Below are positions 46,147 through 59,979 of a stretch of DNA of 64,000 nucleotides, piece by piece (the stretch's first letter is position 1; every line of letters begins with the position of its first letter). The stretch is from NCBI GenBank assembly GCA_950097015.1, contig CATNEN010000003.1, positions 10,788,001 to 10,852,000 on the forward strand, read 5' to 3'. This stretch comes from Macrostomum hystrix (Eukaryota; Animalia; Platyhelminthes). Position numbers and translations under genes: made by a program. The notes under the pieces were generated by a model. It had not been told where the DNA came from, made no database searches, and saw only the letters and a program-made list of their open reading frames with translations.

Positions 46147-49100
46147 CTATTGCGACCTAAGTTGATACTCTCCGTTCTGCGTGATGTAGCGAACCCATGG
46201 TAGCGCCTGGTAACCACTTTTCTCAATGATCTTCAGGTAGCGAACCTGCAAGGTGAAGGTGTGTGCAGCGTTTGGGCCTGGTCTTTATAGACACTCGACA
46301 CCTATTCCTTTCACCTGTATCCTTCATCCTTTCACCTGTTCCTTTCACCTGTATCCTTCATCCTTTCACCTGTTCCTTTCACCTGTATCCTTCATCCTTT
46401 TACCTGTTCCTTTCATCCTTTCACCTGTTCCTTTCATCCTTTCACCTGTTCCTTTCACCTGTATCCTTCATCCTTTCACCTGTTCCTCTCATCCTTTCAC
46501 CTGTTCCTTTCATCCTTTCACCTGTTCCTATCATCCTTTCACCTGTTCCTTTCATCCTTTCACCTGTTCCTATCATCCTTTCACCTGATCCTTTTTCCTT
46601 GTCACCTGTTCTATCCTACCACTTACCTGTTCTATCGTACCGTTCACCTGTTCTATCCTACCAATCACCCGTTCTATCCTACCATTCACCTGTTCTATCC
46701 TACCATTCACCTTTTCTATCCTACAATTCACCTGTTCTATCCTACCAATCACCTGTTCTATCCTACCATTCACCTGTTCTATCCTACCATTCACCTGTTC
46801 TATCCTACCATTCACCTGTCCTATCCTACCATTCACCTGTTCTATCCTACCATTCACCTGTTCTATCCTACCATTCACCTGTTCTATCCTACCATTCACC
46901 TGTTCTATCCTACCAATCACCTGTTCTATCCTACCAATCACCTGTTCTATCCTAACAATCACCTGTTCTATCCTACCAATCACCTGTTCTATCCTACCAT
47001 TCACCTGTTCTATCCTACCAATCACCTGTCCTATCCTACCAATCACCTGTTCTATCCTACCATTCACCTGTTATATCCTACCATTCACCTGTTCTATCCT
47101 ACCATTCACCTGTTCTATCCTACCATTCACCTGTTCTATCCTACCATTCACCTGTTCTATCCTACCATTCACCTGTCCTATCCTACCATTCACCTGTCCT
47201 ATCCTACCATTCACCTGTCCTATCCTATTATTCACCTGTCACTCACTGATAGTCTACAATGCGTACCTGAATGCCGGACACGGTGAAGTAGGGAATCTCA
47301 AATTTCACAGAGATCGGAGGCCGCCCATTGCTCTCGTCGGTGTCCACAGTTGGCAAGCCGAAATGAGCTCGCATAATGAACTCTTTGCCGCCAGGAAAGG
47401 CTTTAATGCTCCATACTAGCGAATTGCTCTCGGGCTGATAGCGACAAGTGCCTACCGTTGTCTGAAATTTTATATAGGCAAGAAAGAAACTAGGGATACT
47501 ACTGACTAAAGTATATGAATGATAAATATGATAACCAATCAGACCTTGAATTTAGGCGAGTCAACATCAGCTGGCACAGGAATGATTATGTCGACATTGT
47601 TAGCCGTACTGCGGCGTTTAAACTGACTTTTGGCCTGCAATTATTTAGAGACTAGGATGCTATTAAAATCTGCTTTAAGAAAGCACCTGAGCAAGACACT
47701 TAATTTCAGTTTGATTCAGTTCAAACAAAGGAAAAAATTGTTTATAGAATTAGAGCCCAGTGGTGAGAGCGTCGGACTCACAGCTTGAAGGTCGGGGGTT
47801 CGATTCCCAACTACATTGGAACAATTTGAAACGTTTGGCGCGGTTATAAAATTTTGTTAAAAACTGAATTTAATAATGTGTACCCCCAGCATTAGCTGGG
47901 GTAATTAATGGTTGGTGTGGCGTCCGCACAGTCCATGGACTGACCATCTCTTTTAAACATGTCAGTCTTTGTCCTGTAACAGCAAGCCGCTAACCTTAAT
48001 CATGTACTCAACGCGGCTGTGGGCGTGTCTCTCCGTGGCGCATTCCACCCAGATTAGCGGCTTAATCTGAGTGTTGAGCCGGTAGGACATGAGTTCGAAT
48101 TCTCCGTCAGGAGGTATGAACGATATTGTTCGATCGTTCTCGAAGCGAGACAGACGGACGCACTGGTGAAATTTGACGTCTTCAAGTTCCACTGACTTGC
48201 TTTTGCCTCCTGTGCGATAATACGGATATTTAATTATGAATTATGAATGCCAGGGGAGCATTGGGATGCAAGGGGAGCACTGGGATGCAAGGGGAGCATT
48301 GGGATGCAAGGACAGCATTGGGATGCAAGGGGAAGATTGGGATGCAAGGGGAAGATTGGGATGCAAGGGGAGCATAGGGATGCAAGGACAGCATTGGGAT
48401 GCAAGGGGAAGATTGGGATGCAAGGGGAAGATTGGGATGCAAGGACAGCATTGGGATGCAAGGACAGCATTGGGATGCAAGGACAGCATTGGGATGCAAG
48501 GACAGCATTGGGATGCAAGGACAGCATTGGGATGCAAGGGGAAGATTGAGATGTAAGGAATTAAAAAAATAGGGATGCGAGAAGAGAAAGTGAAAAGAAA
48601 AAGGAGAAATGACAAAAGCAGAGAGGAAAAGGGGACGAAAATAAACAGAAGGGGAAGAAATGGGAGATAACAACTCAATGAAGGAAAAAAAGTGAGGAAG
48701 TTTCGCAGAAAGGGGAAGAAAATGCAATTTAATGAAGTGAGTATGTAGCGAGAGTTACACTTACTGCCAGTGGCATCGAATAGGACCTTGTCGTTAAGGC
48801 CCAGTCTGAGTTCGGGCATGCCGCTTAGGTAGTCTCTCATTCGCACACTGCCAACGATTTCGCTGCGCAGAACACTGCCAGTAGCGCTAACTAACAAATT
48901 AACGCTTTCTATGACGTCTAAGAAGACTTCGTTTTTGCGATATTTTATACCTTCTGAGCGCCACGATACGGCGTTAGTGACCGCTGGCGGCAGTTTTGGA
49001 GCCACTTCAAGCTTGTGACTCTCCTGGGTGATGAACTCCTGGGGGATTAGTTGGGATTTTCGTCTAATTCAATGTGGACTTCGAGGTGGATACAAGAGAA

Positions 49101-50462
49101 ATGGGATTTAGGATCTTTGGGAATTAGTGATTTGGAATGCTAAGATCTTTGGGAATTAGTGATTTGGGATGCTAAGATCTTTGGGAATTAGTGATTTGGA
49201 ATGCTAAGATCTTTGGGAATTAGTGATTTGGAATGCTAAGATCTTTGGGAAGTAGTGATTTGGGATGCTAAGATCTTTGGGAAGTAGTGATTTGGGATGC
49301 TAAGATCTTTGGGAAGTAGTGATTTGGGATGCTAAGATCTTTGGGAATTAGTGATTTGGGATGCTAAGATCTTTGGGAAGTAGTGATTTGGGATGCTAAG
49401 ATCTTTGGGAAGTAGTGATTTGGGATGCTAAGATCTTTGGGAATTAGTGATTTGGAATGCTAAGATCTTTGGGAATTAGTGATTTGGGATGCTAAGATCT
49501 TTGGGAAGTAGTGATTTGGGATGCTAAGATCTTTGGGAAGTAGTGATTTGGGATGCTAAGATCTTTGGGAAGTAGTGATTTGGGATGCTAAGATCTTTGG
49601 GAATTAGTGATTTGGGATGCTAAGATCTTTGGGAAGTAGTGATTTGGGATGCTAAGATCTTTGGGAAGTAGTGATTTGGGATGCTAAGATCTTTTGGAAG
49701 TAGTGATTTGGGATGCTAAGATCTTTGGGAAGTAGTGATTTGGGATGCTAAGATCTTTGGGAAGTAGTGATTTGGGATGCTAAGATCTTTGGGAAGTAGT
49801 GATTTGGGATGCTAAGATCTTTGGGAAGTAGTGATTTGGGATGCTAAGATCTTTGGGAAGTAGTGATTTGGGATGCTAAGATCTTTGGGAAGTAGTGATT
49901 TGGGATGCTAAGATCACGGGAATTAACATTTTAGGATGAAAAGCGTGACAAATTATTTAGAAATGAAATTGCTTCCGGACTGGATACCTTTCGAGTGCTA
50001 TTTGAAACATAAAAACCTTTCCCGGGTGCAAATGAATAAGAAATGAAATTTTATTCAATAACAAACCTGCAGAATTCTCGTATCCGTAGTCTGCGGAAAT
50101 CCAAAGTCCATCACTTCATCCAGCAGTTCGTAAACAATTACAAAATTATCCCTAATACTCTCCTCTTCTAAATCTTTGAAGTATTCAACAAACACGTCGG
50201 CAATCTTGTGCAGGAAAGTAAACACTAGGCCAGCATTGGCATTCTTGCGAGTTGTGGCTACTAAGTAGACATTGTTGTGCGAGATGTACATAAAGTAGGC
50301 ATCGTCGCAAGGCAATATTGGCTGAACAGTGCCCTCCTCTTCGCGTTCTAACAAAAGCGGCATAAACTTTTCAATAGTGGACATTGGCACATCGCCGCGA
50401 TAATTCCTACTGATTAGAACTTTGCCCTTTGTGTCCAAAATGTAGATTGCCGAGGCTGACAT
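46147..50462 (-). CDS. AP1M1: AP-1 complex subunit mu; exons 50462-50067, 49038-48765, 48209-47995, 47634-47545, 47461-47267, 46245-46147
   Basis: [136 protein letters not shown]. Confidence 0.97.
46300..47240. repeat. Intronic minisatellite, mainly 21-bp unit
   Basis: TCACCTGTTCTATCCTACCAT, grading from TCACCTGTTCCTTTCATCCTT. Confidence 0.95.
47752..47950 (+). mobile_element. tRNA(Val)-like SINE in an AP1M1 intron
   Basis: GAGCCCAGTGG...CTCACAG...GGTTCGATTCC; head resembles 21790-21865; acceptor stem not intact. Confidence 0.55.
48245..48555. repeat. 19/20-bp minisatellite
   Basis: TTGGGATGCAAGGACAGCA / TTGGGATGCAAGGGGAAGA. Confidence 0.93.
49100..49915. repeat. 32-bp minisatellite
   Basis: TGGGATGCTAAGATCTTTGGGAA(G/T)TAGTGATT, about 25 copies. 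Confidence 0.96.
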
Positions 50463-51602
50463 GCTAATATTTGTTTGTTTAATGGTAACTGAAATTATAA
50501 TTATAGAGACAGTTCTACAGCATACTACTTGGAGTAGAAAAACTGACATTTTGTTATAATTTGGTGTTTCACTGAGCATGAACTACATAAAACTATTTAT
50601 ATTGTTCAGTCTCTCTCTCCATGGCTTTAGTCAGTGCGATCTTAAAAAGCAAAGTCTATGTTAATAATAAAGAAAAAAATGTCGCTTCTAAACCCACTAG
50701 TTGACTTCAGTGAGGGACTTTGCTGCTGATTCTAACTATTTTTAATCAGAACAGAAGATGTGGAAACAATTTTTTAAGAACACAAAGTTGCTAAAATCAC
50801 AAAAGAAAAACTAATTGTATTAAAGAGCAGATCTTTTGGGGTGAGTTGGGTCATGCCTTTGCTAGACTAAAAAACTAGGAATTTTAAAAAGGTATGTAAG
50901 GTTTGAAACTACAGAGAGCCTTATCAAAGGCTCAGATCACCAATTTGCCACCAGCCTAGAATTTGACAATAAAAATACTCAAGTTTCAATTAAACTGCGA
51001 CAAAATCAATACCACACAATGCTAAAATATATGTGGTAGAGAGGTAAATTATAAACTTAGGTTCATGTCCCTGCTACAAGTACTTGACAAATTTGTGTCT
51101 GAGGTGTCATTTTGTAGCTGGGATCTGTGTCAAGCAGATGTAGCAGTATCTGGTGAAATAATTGACCCATGCCTTTAGGTAAGGCAGAAATAGGATCATA
51201 AGATACATCCAACAGACCATCAGAACATAGTTCAACAGTTTCTACAATAGAAAATCAGTGGCAAAACCATTTGTCCCAAATATTTTAAAAGTATAGGGGC
51301 CTAGTCTTGTGTCAAAGTCAGACATACACTCTGGCTGAAGAGTTCATGTTTTTGTTTAAAGTAAAAATTCTGGTGGAAATGTTTGTTTGGGAACCCATAT
51401 AGGCCTATGATGATAGGAAGACACTTCAGACTGCCTACAATGGGAACTTTTAATTCCTTGGTGTTTGAAACTCAAGCCTTTTAGAAATTTCAATAGTCAT
51501 TTGACTGTTGATGGTATAAAAATAGACAGGATGTTTGAGGATTTATAACAAAGATATTTCTTTAGACTTTTCTTTAGACATGATAGAAATAGAAACTATT
51601 AG

Positions 51603-51927
51603 TAATAATAATATAATAATTGAAAGAGGGCTGCAGGCTATAAAGAGATAATTCTTCTCATTTTGCTCTTGAGCATACACGCAGATACTGTAGCTATAGG
51701 CAGGCATATACTCAAATAGGTGTGTACATCCACCCTGATTTCTCATCTTTAGGCAATACACACCTCACTGTACCTTGGAGGTTGGTCCTCAAGGGTGTAA
51801 ATTATACAACGAACCCCTAAGCTTTCTCTCCATGGCTGCATGCCAAATAAATATGGCCGTGCTATGGAATGAAACTTAGGAACCATGGTATGAGAGACAG
51901 GTTAACTGCCTTGCAACCAACCCCCCC
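51603..51927 (-). mobile_element. tRNA-derived SINE, diverged copy 2
   Basis: Colinear similarity to 12107-12472 (e.g. TTGGAGGTTGG.CCTCAAGGG.GTAAATT), including the AAT-type tail. Confidence 0.75.
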
Positions 51928-51943
51928 ATTATAGAATACTTAA

Positions 51944-54900
51944 CTAGCAAGTTTTGCCCCCCTTCGGGGAGCAGAAATACTTTTAATTCGTCTAGTATAT
52001 ACTTTTTAGCAGCTGAATTTACAGCTTTTTAAAGCTACAATGAACCCCCAGTTGACAATGATCCCCCAGTTGACAATGATCCCCCAGTTGACAATGAACC
52101 CCCAGTTGACAACGATCCCACAGTTGACAATGATCCCCCATTTGACAATGATCCCCCAGTTGACAATGATCCCACAGTTAACAATGATCCCCCAGTTGAC
52201 AAAGATCCCCCAGTTCACAATGATCACCCAGTTGATGATGATCCCCCAGTTGATGATGATCCCCCAGTTGACAATGAACCCCCAGTTGACAATGAACCCC
52301 CAGTTGACAACGATCCCACAGTTGACAATGATCCCCCATTTGACAATGATCCCCCAGTTGACAATGATCCCACAGTTGACAATGATCCCCCAGTTGACAA
52401 TGATCCCCCAGTTGACAATGATCCCCCAGTTAACAAAGATCCCCCAGTTCACAATGATCCCCCAGTTGATGAAGTCTCCCCATTGATGATGATCCCCAGT
52501 TAACAATGTTCCTCCATTTGACAATGTTCCCCCAGTTGACAATGATCCCCCAGTTGATGATGATCACCCAGTTGACAATGATCCCCCAGTTGATGATGAT
52601 CCCCCAGTTGACAATGAACCCCCAGTTGACAATGAACCCCCAGTTGACAACGATCCCACAGTTGACAATGATCCCCCATTTGACAATGATCCCCCAGTTG
52701 ACAATGATCCCACAGTTGACAATGATCCCCCAGTTGACAAAGATCCCCCAGTTCACAATGATCACCCAGTTGATGATGATCCCCCAGTTGATGATGATCC
52801 CCCAGTTGAAAATGATCCCCCAGTTGACAATGATCCCCCATTTGACAATGATCCCCCAGTTGACAATGATCCCCCAGTTAACAAAGATCCCCCAGTTCAC
52901 AATGATCCCCCAGTTGATGAAGTCTCCCCATTGATGATGATCCCCAGTTAACAATGTTCCTCCATTTGACAATGTTCCCCCAGTTAACAATGATCCCCCA
53001 GTTAATGATGATTCCCCAGTTGAAAATGATCCCCCAGTTGACAATGATCCCCCAGTTGAGAATGATCCCCCAGTTGACAATGATCCCCCAGTTAACAAAG
53101 ATCCCCCAGTTCACAATGATCCCCCAGTTGATGAAGTCTCCCCATTGATGATGATCCCTAGTTAACAATGTTCCTCCAGTTGACAATGTTCCCCCAGTTG
53201 ACAATGATCCCCCAGTTGATGATGATCCCCCAGTTGACAATGATCCCCCAGTTGACAATGATCCCCCAGTTGACAATGATCCCCCAGTTGACAATGATCC
53301 CGCCGGTTGACAATGATCCCACAGTTGACAATGAACCCCCAGTTGACAATGATCCCCCAGTTGATGATGATCCCCCAGTTGACAATGTTCCCCCAGTTGA
53401 CAATGATCCCCCAGTTGATGATGATCCCCCAGTTGACAATGATCCCCCAGTTGACAATGATCCCCCAGTTGACAATGAACCCCCAGTTGACAATGATCCC
53501 CCAGTTGACAATGATCCCCCAGTTGACAATGATCCCACAGTATACAATGATCCCCCAGTTGACAAAGATCCCCCAGTTCTCAATGATCCCCCAGTTGATG
53601 ATGATCCCCAGTTGATGATGATTCCCCAGTTGACAATTATCCCCCAGTTGACCATTACCCCACTTGACAATGATCTCTCAGTTCACAATGATCCCCCAGT
53701 TGACAATGATCCCCCAGTTGACAATGAACCCCCAGTTGACAATGAACCCCCAGTTGACAAAGATCCCCCAGTTGACAATGATCCCCCATTTGACAATGAT
53801 CCCCCAGTTGACAATGATCCCCCAGTTGACAATGATCCCCCGGTTGACATTGATCCCCCAGTCGACAATTATCCCCCAGTTTACCATGATCCCCCAGTTC
53901 ACCATGATCCCCATTTTGATGATGACTCCCCAGTTGACGTTGATTTTTCAAACAGGTTAGCCAAGATTCAAACTCAGGTTTCGCCATGTTTTAAACCCTG
54001 GTGGGCTATGATTCAAACTCTCGTTTTGCCATGATTCAGACTCTGGTTGGCTATGATTCAAACTCTGGTTTAGCCATGATTCAGACGCTGGTTTAGCCAT
54101 GATTCAGACGCTGGTTTAGCCATGATTGAAACTCTGGTTTAGCCATGATTCAAACTCTGGTTTAGCCATGATTCAGACGCTGGTTTAGCCATGATTCAGA
54201 CTCTAGTTTAGCCATGATTCAGACTCTGGTTTAGCCATGATTCAGACTCTAGTTTAGCCATGATTCAGACTCTGGTTTAGCCATGATTTAAATTCTGGTT
54301 AAGCCATGATTCAGACTCTGGTTTAGCCATGATTTAAATTCTGGTTAAGCCATGATTCAGACTCTGGTTTAGCCATGATTCAAACTCTGGTTAAGCCATG
54401 ATTCAAACTCTGGTTTAGCCATGATTCAAACTCTGGTTTAGCCATGATTCAGACGCTGGTTTAGCCATGATTCAGACTCTAGTTTAGCCATGATTCAGAC
54501 TCTGGTTTAGCCATGATTCAGACTCTATTTTAGCCATGATTCAGACTCTGGTTTAGCCATGATTCAAACTCTGGTTAAGCCATGATTCAAACTCTGGTTT
54601 AGCCATGATTCAGACTCTGGTTAAGCCATGATTCAGACTCTGGTTTAGCCATGATTTAAATTCTGGTTAAGCCATGATTCAGACTCTGGTTTAGCCATGA
54701 TTCAAACTCTGGTTAAGCCATGATTCAGACGCTGGTTTAGCCATGATTTAAATTCTGGTTAAGCCATGATTCAAACTCTGGTTTAGCCATGATTCAGACG
54801 CTGGTTTAGCCATGATTCAGACTCTAGTTTAGCCATGATTCAGACTCTGGTTTAGCCATGATTCAGACTCTAGTTTAGCCATGATTCAGACTCTGGTTTA

Positions 54901-57359
54901 GCCATGATTCAGACTCTAGTTTAGCCATGATTCAGACTCTGGTTTAGCCATGATTCAGACTCTATTTTAGCCATGATTCAGACTATGGTTTAGCCATGAT
55001 TCAGACGCTGGTTTAACCATGATTCAGACGCTGGTTTAGCCATGATTCAGACGCTGGTTTAGCCATGATTGAAACTCTGGTTTAGCCATGATTCAAACTC
55101 TGGTTTAGCCATGATTCAGACGCTGGTTTAGCCATGATTCAGACTCTAGTTTAGCCATGATTCAGACTCTGGTTTAGCCATGATTCAGACTCTATTTTAG
55201 CCATGATTCAGACTATGGTTTAGCCATGATTCAGACTCCAGTTTAGCCATGATTCAGACTCTGGTTTAGCCATGATTCAGACTCTGTTTAAGCCATGATT
55301 CAGACTCTGGTTTAGCCATGATTTAAATTCTGGTTAAGCCATGATTCAGACTCTGGTTTAGCCATGATTCAAACTCTGGTTAAGCCATGATTCAAACTCT
55401 GGTTTAGCCATGATTCAAACTCTGGTTTAGCCATGATTCAGACGCTGGTTTAGCCATGATTCAGACTCTAGTTTAGCCATGATTCAGACTCTGGTTTAGC
55501 CATGATTCAGACTCTATTTTAGCCATGATTCAGACTCTGGTTTAGCCATGATTCAAACTCTGGTTAAGCCATGATTCAAACTCTGGTTTAGCCATGATTC
55601 AGACTCTGGTTAAGCCATGATTCAGACTCTGGTTTAGCCATGATTTAAATTCTGGTTAAGCCATGATTCAGACTCTGTTTAAGCCATGATTCAGACTCTG
55701 GTTTAGCCATGATTTAAATTCTGGTTAAGCCATGATTCAGACTCTGGTTTAGCCATGATTCAAACTCTGGTTAAGCCATGATTCAAACTCTGGTTTAGCC
55801 ATGATTCAAACTCTGGTTTAGCCATGATTCAGACGCTGGTTTAGCCATGATTCAGACTCTAGTTTAGCCATGATTCAGACTCTGGTTTAGCCATGATTCA
55901 GACTCTATTTTAGCCATGATTCAGACTCTGGTTTAGCCATGATTCAAACTCTGGTTAAGCCATGATTCAAACTCTGGTTTAGCCATGATTCAGACTCTGG
56001 TTAAGCCATGATTCAGACTCTGGTTTAGCCATGATTTAAATTCTGGTTAAGCCATGATTCAGACTCTGTTTAAGCCATGATTCAGACTCTGGTTTAGCCA
56101 TGATTTAAATTCTGGTTAAGCCATGATTCAGACTCTGGTTTAGCCATGATTCAAACTCTGGTTAAGCCATGATTCAAACTCTGGTTTAGCCATGATTCAA
56201 ACTCTGGTTTAGCCATGATTCAGACGCTGGTTTAGCCATGATTCAGACTCTAGTTTAGCCATGATTCAGACTCTGGTTTAGCCATGATTCAGACTCTATT
56301 TTAGCCATGATTCAGACTCTGGTTTAGCCATGATTCAAACTCTGGTTTAGCCATGATTCAGACTCTGGTTTATCCATGATTCAGACTCTGGTTTAGCCAT
56401 GATTCAGACTCTGGTTTAGCCATGATTCAAACTCTGGTTAAGCCATGATTCAGACTCTGGTTTAGCCATGATTCAGACTCTGGTTTAGCCATGATTCAGA
56501 CTCCAGTTTAGCCATGATTCAAACTCTGGTTAAGCCATGATTCAGACTCTGGTTTAGCCATGATTCAGACTCCAGTTTAGCCATGATTCAAACTCTGGTT
56601 AAGCCATGATTCAGACTCTGGTTTAGCCATGATTCAGACTCTGGTTTAGCCATGATTCAGACTCCAGTTTAGCCATGATTCAAGCTCTGGTTTAGCCATG
56701 ATTCAGACGCTGGTTTAGCCATGATTCAAGCTCTATTTTTGCCATGATTCAAATTCAGGTTTGCTATATGATTTATGATATTTTATTTACGAAATGAAAA
56801 AATAAATTAAAATAATCTTCAATCACTACTGGCTGAAAATTAGTCTAAATGATTTGACGCAGTGCAGAATCGAACCCTAGCCTAGCCTAACCTATTCCTA
56901 GTGCCTACACATCGGCTATTCCGACTGTTGGTTAGTGGGTGCAAAAATCTGCCTTATAAAATGAATTCTCAAAGTTCTGGCTTTGTACAATGAAGTAAGA
57001 AAATAGAGTACACTCAGTCTCGCGGTTGGTTGTGTACATTTATTTCCCATTTGTCTCCAGAGTGCAGGCTTCAAATTCAATCAGCTAGGGGTTGTTGCGC
57101 AATTTGACGATGCAATTCTAATTCAGCGGCAGTGAGTAAAATTCTCAATAGGCCAAGATGGTTTGACCTTTGAAAAATCATGTTTTTCGAATATTTAATC
57201 CCTTTAGCAATAAAGTTAAGCTTAATAAAAATACGTGTATAATTGTCCCCATATTTGGCATCTTTTGGTGAAGAAATGGTGAAAATCGGTTGAGCCGTTC
57301 GGGAGAAAATCAATTACAACCAACCAACCAACCAACCATTTCATTTTTAGTATAGTGGA
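51944..57359 (-). mobile_element. Non-autonomous Helitron copy 4 (5.4 kb), inverted solo copy
   Basis: Minus strand A|TCCACTATAC...hairpin...CTAG|T, a canonical AT target with no TSD. The 18-bp array is at ~52040-53940 and the 23-bp array at ~53950-56760. Confidence 0.9.
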
Positions 57360-58726
57360 TTCCTGGCTTTGGCATTTGGGACCTCAAGTGCGATCAAGAT
57401 TTCAATGTCAAATGTTGTTGCCTGTTGTGATGTAGTAGGGAGGGGTTGCATCTTAAACCTGTTAAGTCATAAGAAAGGCTTGAATTAGCTACATACCTAC
57501 AGTTTTCCTGGCTTCACAATTCAAGTATTATACTGGTCCTTTTCTGATTTCTATATATTGAAAAAACAAAGATAGGCCTAATAGGAAGGTTTTATGCTCA
57601 TGGGATATTGTAAGATTTTTTTGTTATAGGTATAGATACACATATAGATAGACCAGGGGTAAATTTTGAAGATAGGGATATATGGATACACATATGGATA
57701 CATATATGGATACACATATCAGATTTTTTGCTTATGGCCTAGCTCTGAAAAGGATATTAAAAGCAATAAGTTAGAGTATCTAATAATGGCCATTGGTTTT
57801 AAAGCCAAAGCCATAATGATTTTGGGCCAATATGGCAAAAGTTTAACAAAAATTGCTTGTGGCCTAAAAACAGAATTAGGCTATGGAACAGAAGCCATGA
57901 CACTGAGTCGAGTGTGACACGAAGACATGAAATATGTATACTAGGGCCTAGATAGCTGCTTTGTTTGAAGCAACAATGGCAACATGTGACTGATTCAACT
58001 GATTGGATTAGTGAACCAAGACTATAACTATGTAGTATGTAGATGCTTGAATACTACTGTTCTTATTTATTAACTAATTCTCAAAGATAGATTATCCCTC
58101 AAATTATCAATGAGATTAGTTTAACTATTATACACAGGTTCTTAACCTTGGTGAAAGTTTTAAATCACAAGTATGAAAATTCGATATCTTATTTTGCTAC
58201 AATAAGAAAAAACTATAGACGTTTAAAAATCAAATAAAGACGAATGGTATAAGCCTCTAAGCAAGTAGGTTTTTCTTTATTCTTTTAAATATTATTGTAC
58301 TAAATAATATATCAAATCTCATCCGATGTGCTGCCATTGTGAATATGTGCCACCATTGATCCTGGAATCGAAACTAAAAAAATTAATATAATAAATATTA
58401 CCAATGAACTCTTATATAAATTAATCGAACTCGAACAAGTAGGTAACTAGCAGTGAAAATTTCTGAAGCACATTATAACATCTATATCTTTAACAGACAG
58501 CAAGCATACACGACAGAGGATTGTCTTGTTATGTGAAATAGATTTTTCTTTCTAGAAAAAGCCAACTTGCGCCCATTATAACGAAACTAAATTAATCACT
58601 ACAGAAAAACTGCTAAGAAGCACTTACTGCTTATCTATTATTTTTTTAATCCTGTTAAAAACAAATTTAAAATGTTAACTTAACTTTTTTCTAAATAACA
58701 TTTTGTTTTCCCTTGGGTTCGGGTTC

Positions 58727-59979
58727 GGGTTCGTTCGGGTAGCTTAAAATGACTTAAAATGAACTTAAACTGCAGTTTAAGTTCATTTTAACCTCTTTAA
58801 TAAAACAAAAGCTAAACAGACTAAATGTCGAAATAAAGTAAAAAGATTGAAGCTGAATGGTTAAGTAGAAGAACCGAATAATTAGTCTTTACATTTCCGT
58901 CTTGAAATTGTGTAGTTTTGGTATCAGATGTACAGTAGCCGTATGCGCGCAAATTTGACATGCAAACTTGTACGCGTATTTTATTTAGAATGTGTAGTAC
59001 ACCGGGCAGTCTTCAAATATATTAAGCAAATGTGCGAAAATTAAATTATTAAAAGCAGTATACTTAAGTGATAGATAAAAGCCTCTTGATTTAAAAAAAT
59101 TATTGGCTTCTGGGATTCGAACCCAGTCCGCTCGATTGCGCAGAAAGTATCTTATCCATTAGGGGCCTCGGGCCTGAATGAAGCTAGAAATCAAAAGAAA
59201 AAACGTACGTGGTTAAAAATACTCATTTAAATGCAAATATCTTTGCTCCGAAGAAACTTTGAGAGCTGTAACTGAAATCATTCGATGCAAAATTAAAAGA
59301 CGAATCCAGTGATATATTTCTTAGTAATTAAATAGAAACATTTAATTTCGACAGAAACATTCTTTTTTATAATTTTACATTTTACTTATTTCTGCACAAA
59401 AATCACAAAACTTCTCTTTTTACACTTATGCGCAGTGCACAGAATTTTCACTGTTTCAACAAACTAAAACTCGTGTTTTTCAGTACTTCAGGAGAAATAA
59501 TCTAAAAACTTTTTTGATCCTCTGAATTTCAGTACAACTACACATTTACATCTTCATTGAAACAATGGTCATTGTCTTACTTCGCTTGAACTTTACTTAT
59601 TGGTTTCTGTAACTACTGAAAATTAAGACCTTAATATAACCACTACATGATCAATTGGAAGAATACAAGCGAAGCAAGACAATGAGTTCACACTTATTAA
59701 ATTAAATGATATTAATATTCAAATTAAACTACGCGAAAGTTCGAAAGTCAAATTTGTGCGCGTACGGCTACTGTACATCTGATACCAAAACTACACAATT
59801 TCAAGACGGAAATGTAAAGACTAATTATTCGGTTATTCTACTTAACCATTCAGCTTCAATCTTTTTACTTTATTTCGACATTTAGTCTGTTTAGCTTTTG
59901 TTTTATTAAAGAGGTTAAAATGAACTTAAACTGCAGTTTAAGTTCATTTTAAGTCATTTTAAGCTACCCGAACGCACCC
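58727..59979. mobile_element. MITE / non-autonomous DNA transposon with ~233-bp terminal inverted repeats
   Basis: 58727-58959 is the reverse complement of ~59747-59979 (termini GGGT(T/G)CGTTCGGGTAGC); non-coding AT-rich core; TSD not clear. Confidence 0.85.
59105..59174 (-). pseudogene. Degenerate tRNA-like sequence inside the MITE
   Basis: GGCCCGAGGCCCCTAATGGATAAG...CTGGGTTCGAATCCCAG: tRNA-Arg-like D loop and intact T arm; acceptor and anticodon stems imperfect. Confidence 0.5.

Noticed and set aside
47752-47825. Functional tRNA genes (also 21790-21865 and 59105-59174)
   Set aside because: A/B boxes are present but acceptor and anticodon stems do not pair fully; treated as SINE heads or pseudogenes.
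36648-54034. Many ORFs such as (LGDHCQ)n, (NWGIIV)n and (PQLTMI)n resembling hexapeptide beta-helix proteins
   Set aside because: Open frames of the 18-bp satellite on both strands with frequent frameshifts, inside an intronic or intergenic Helitron.
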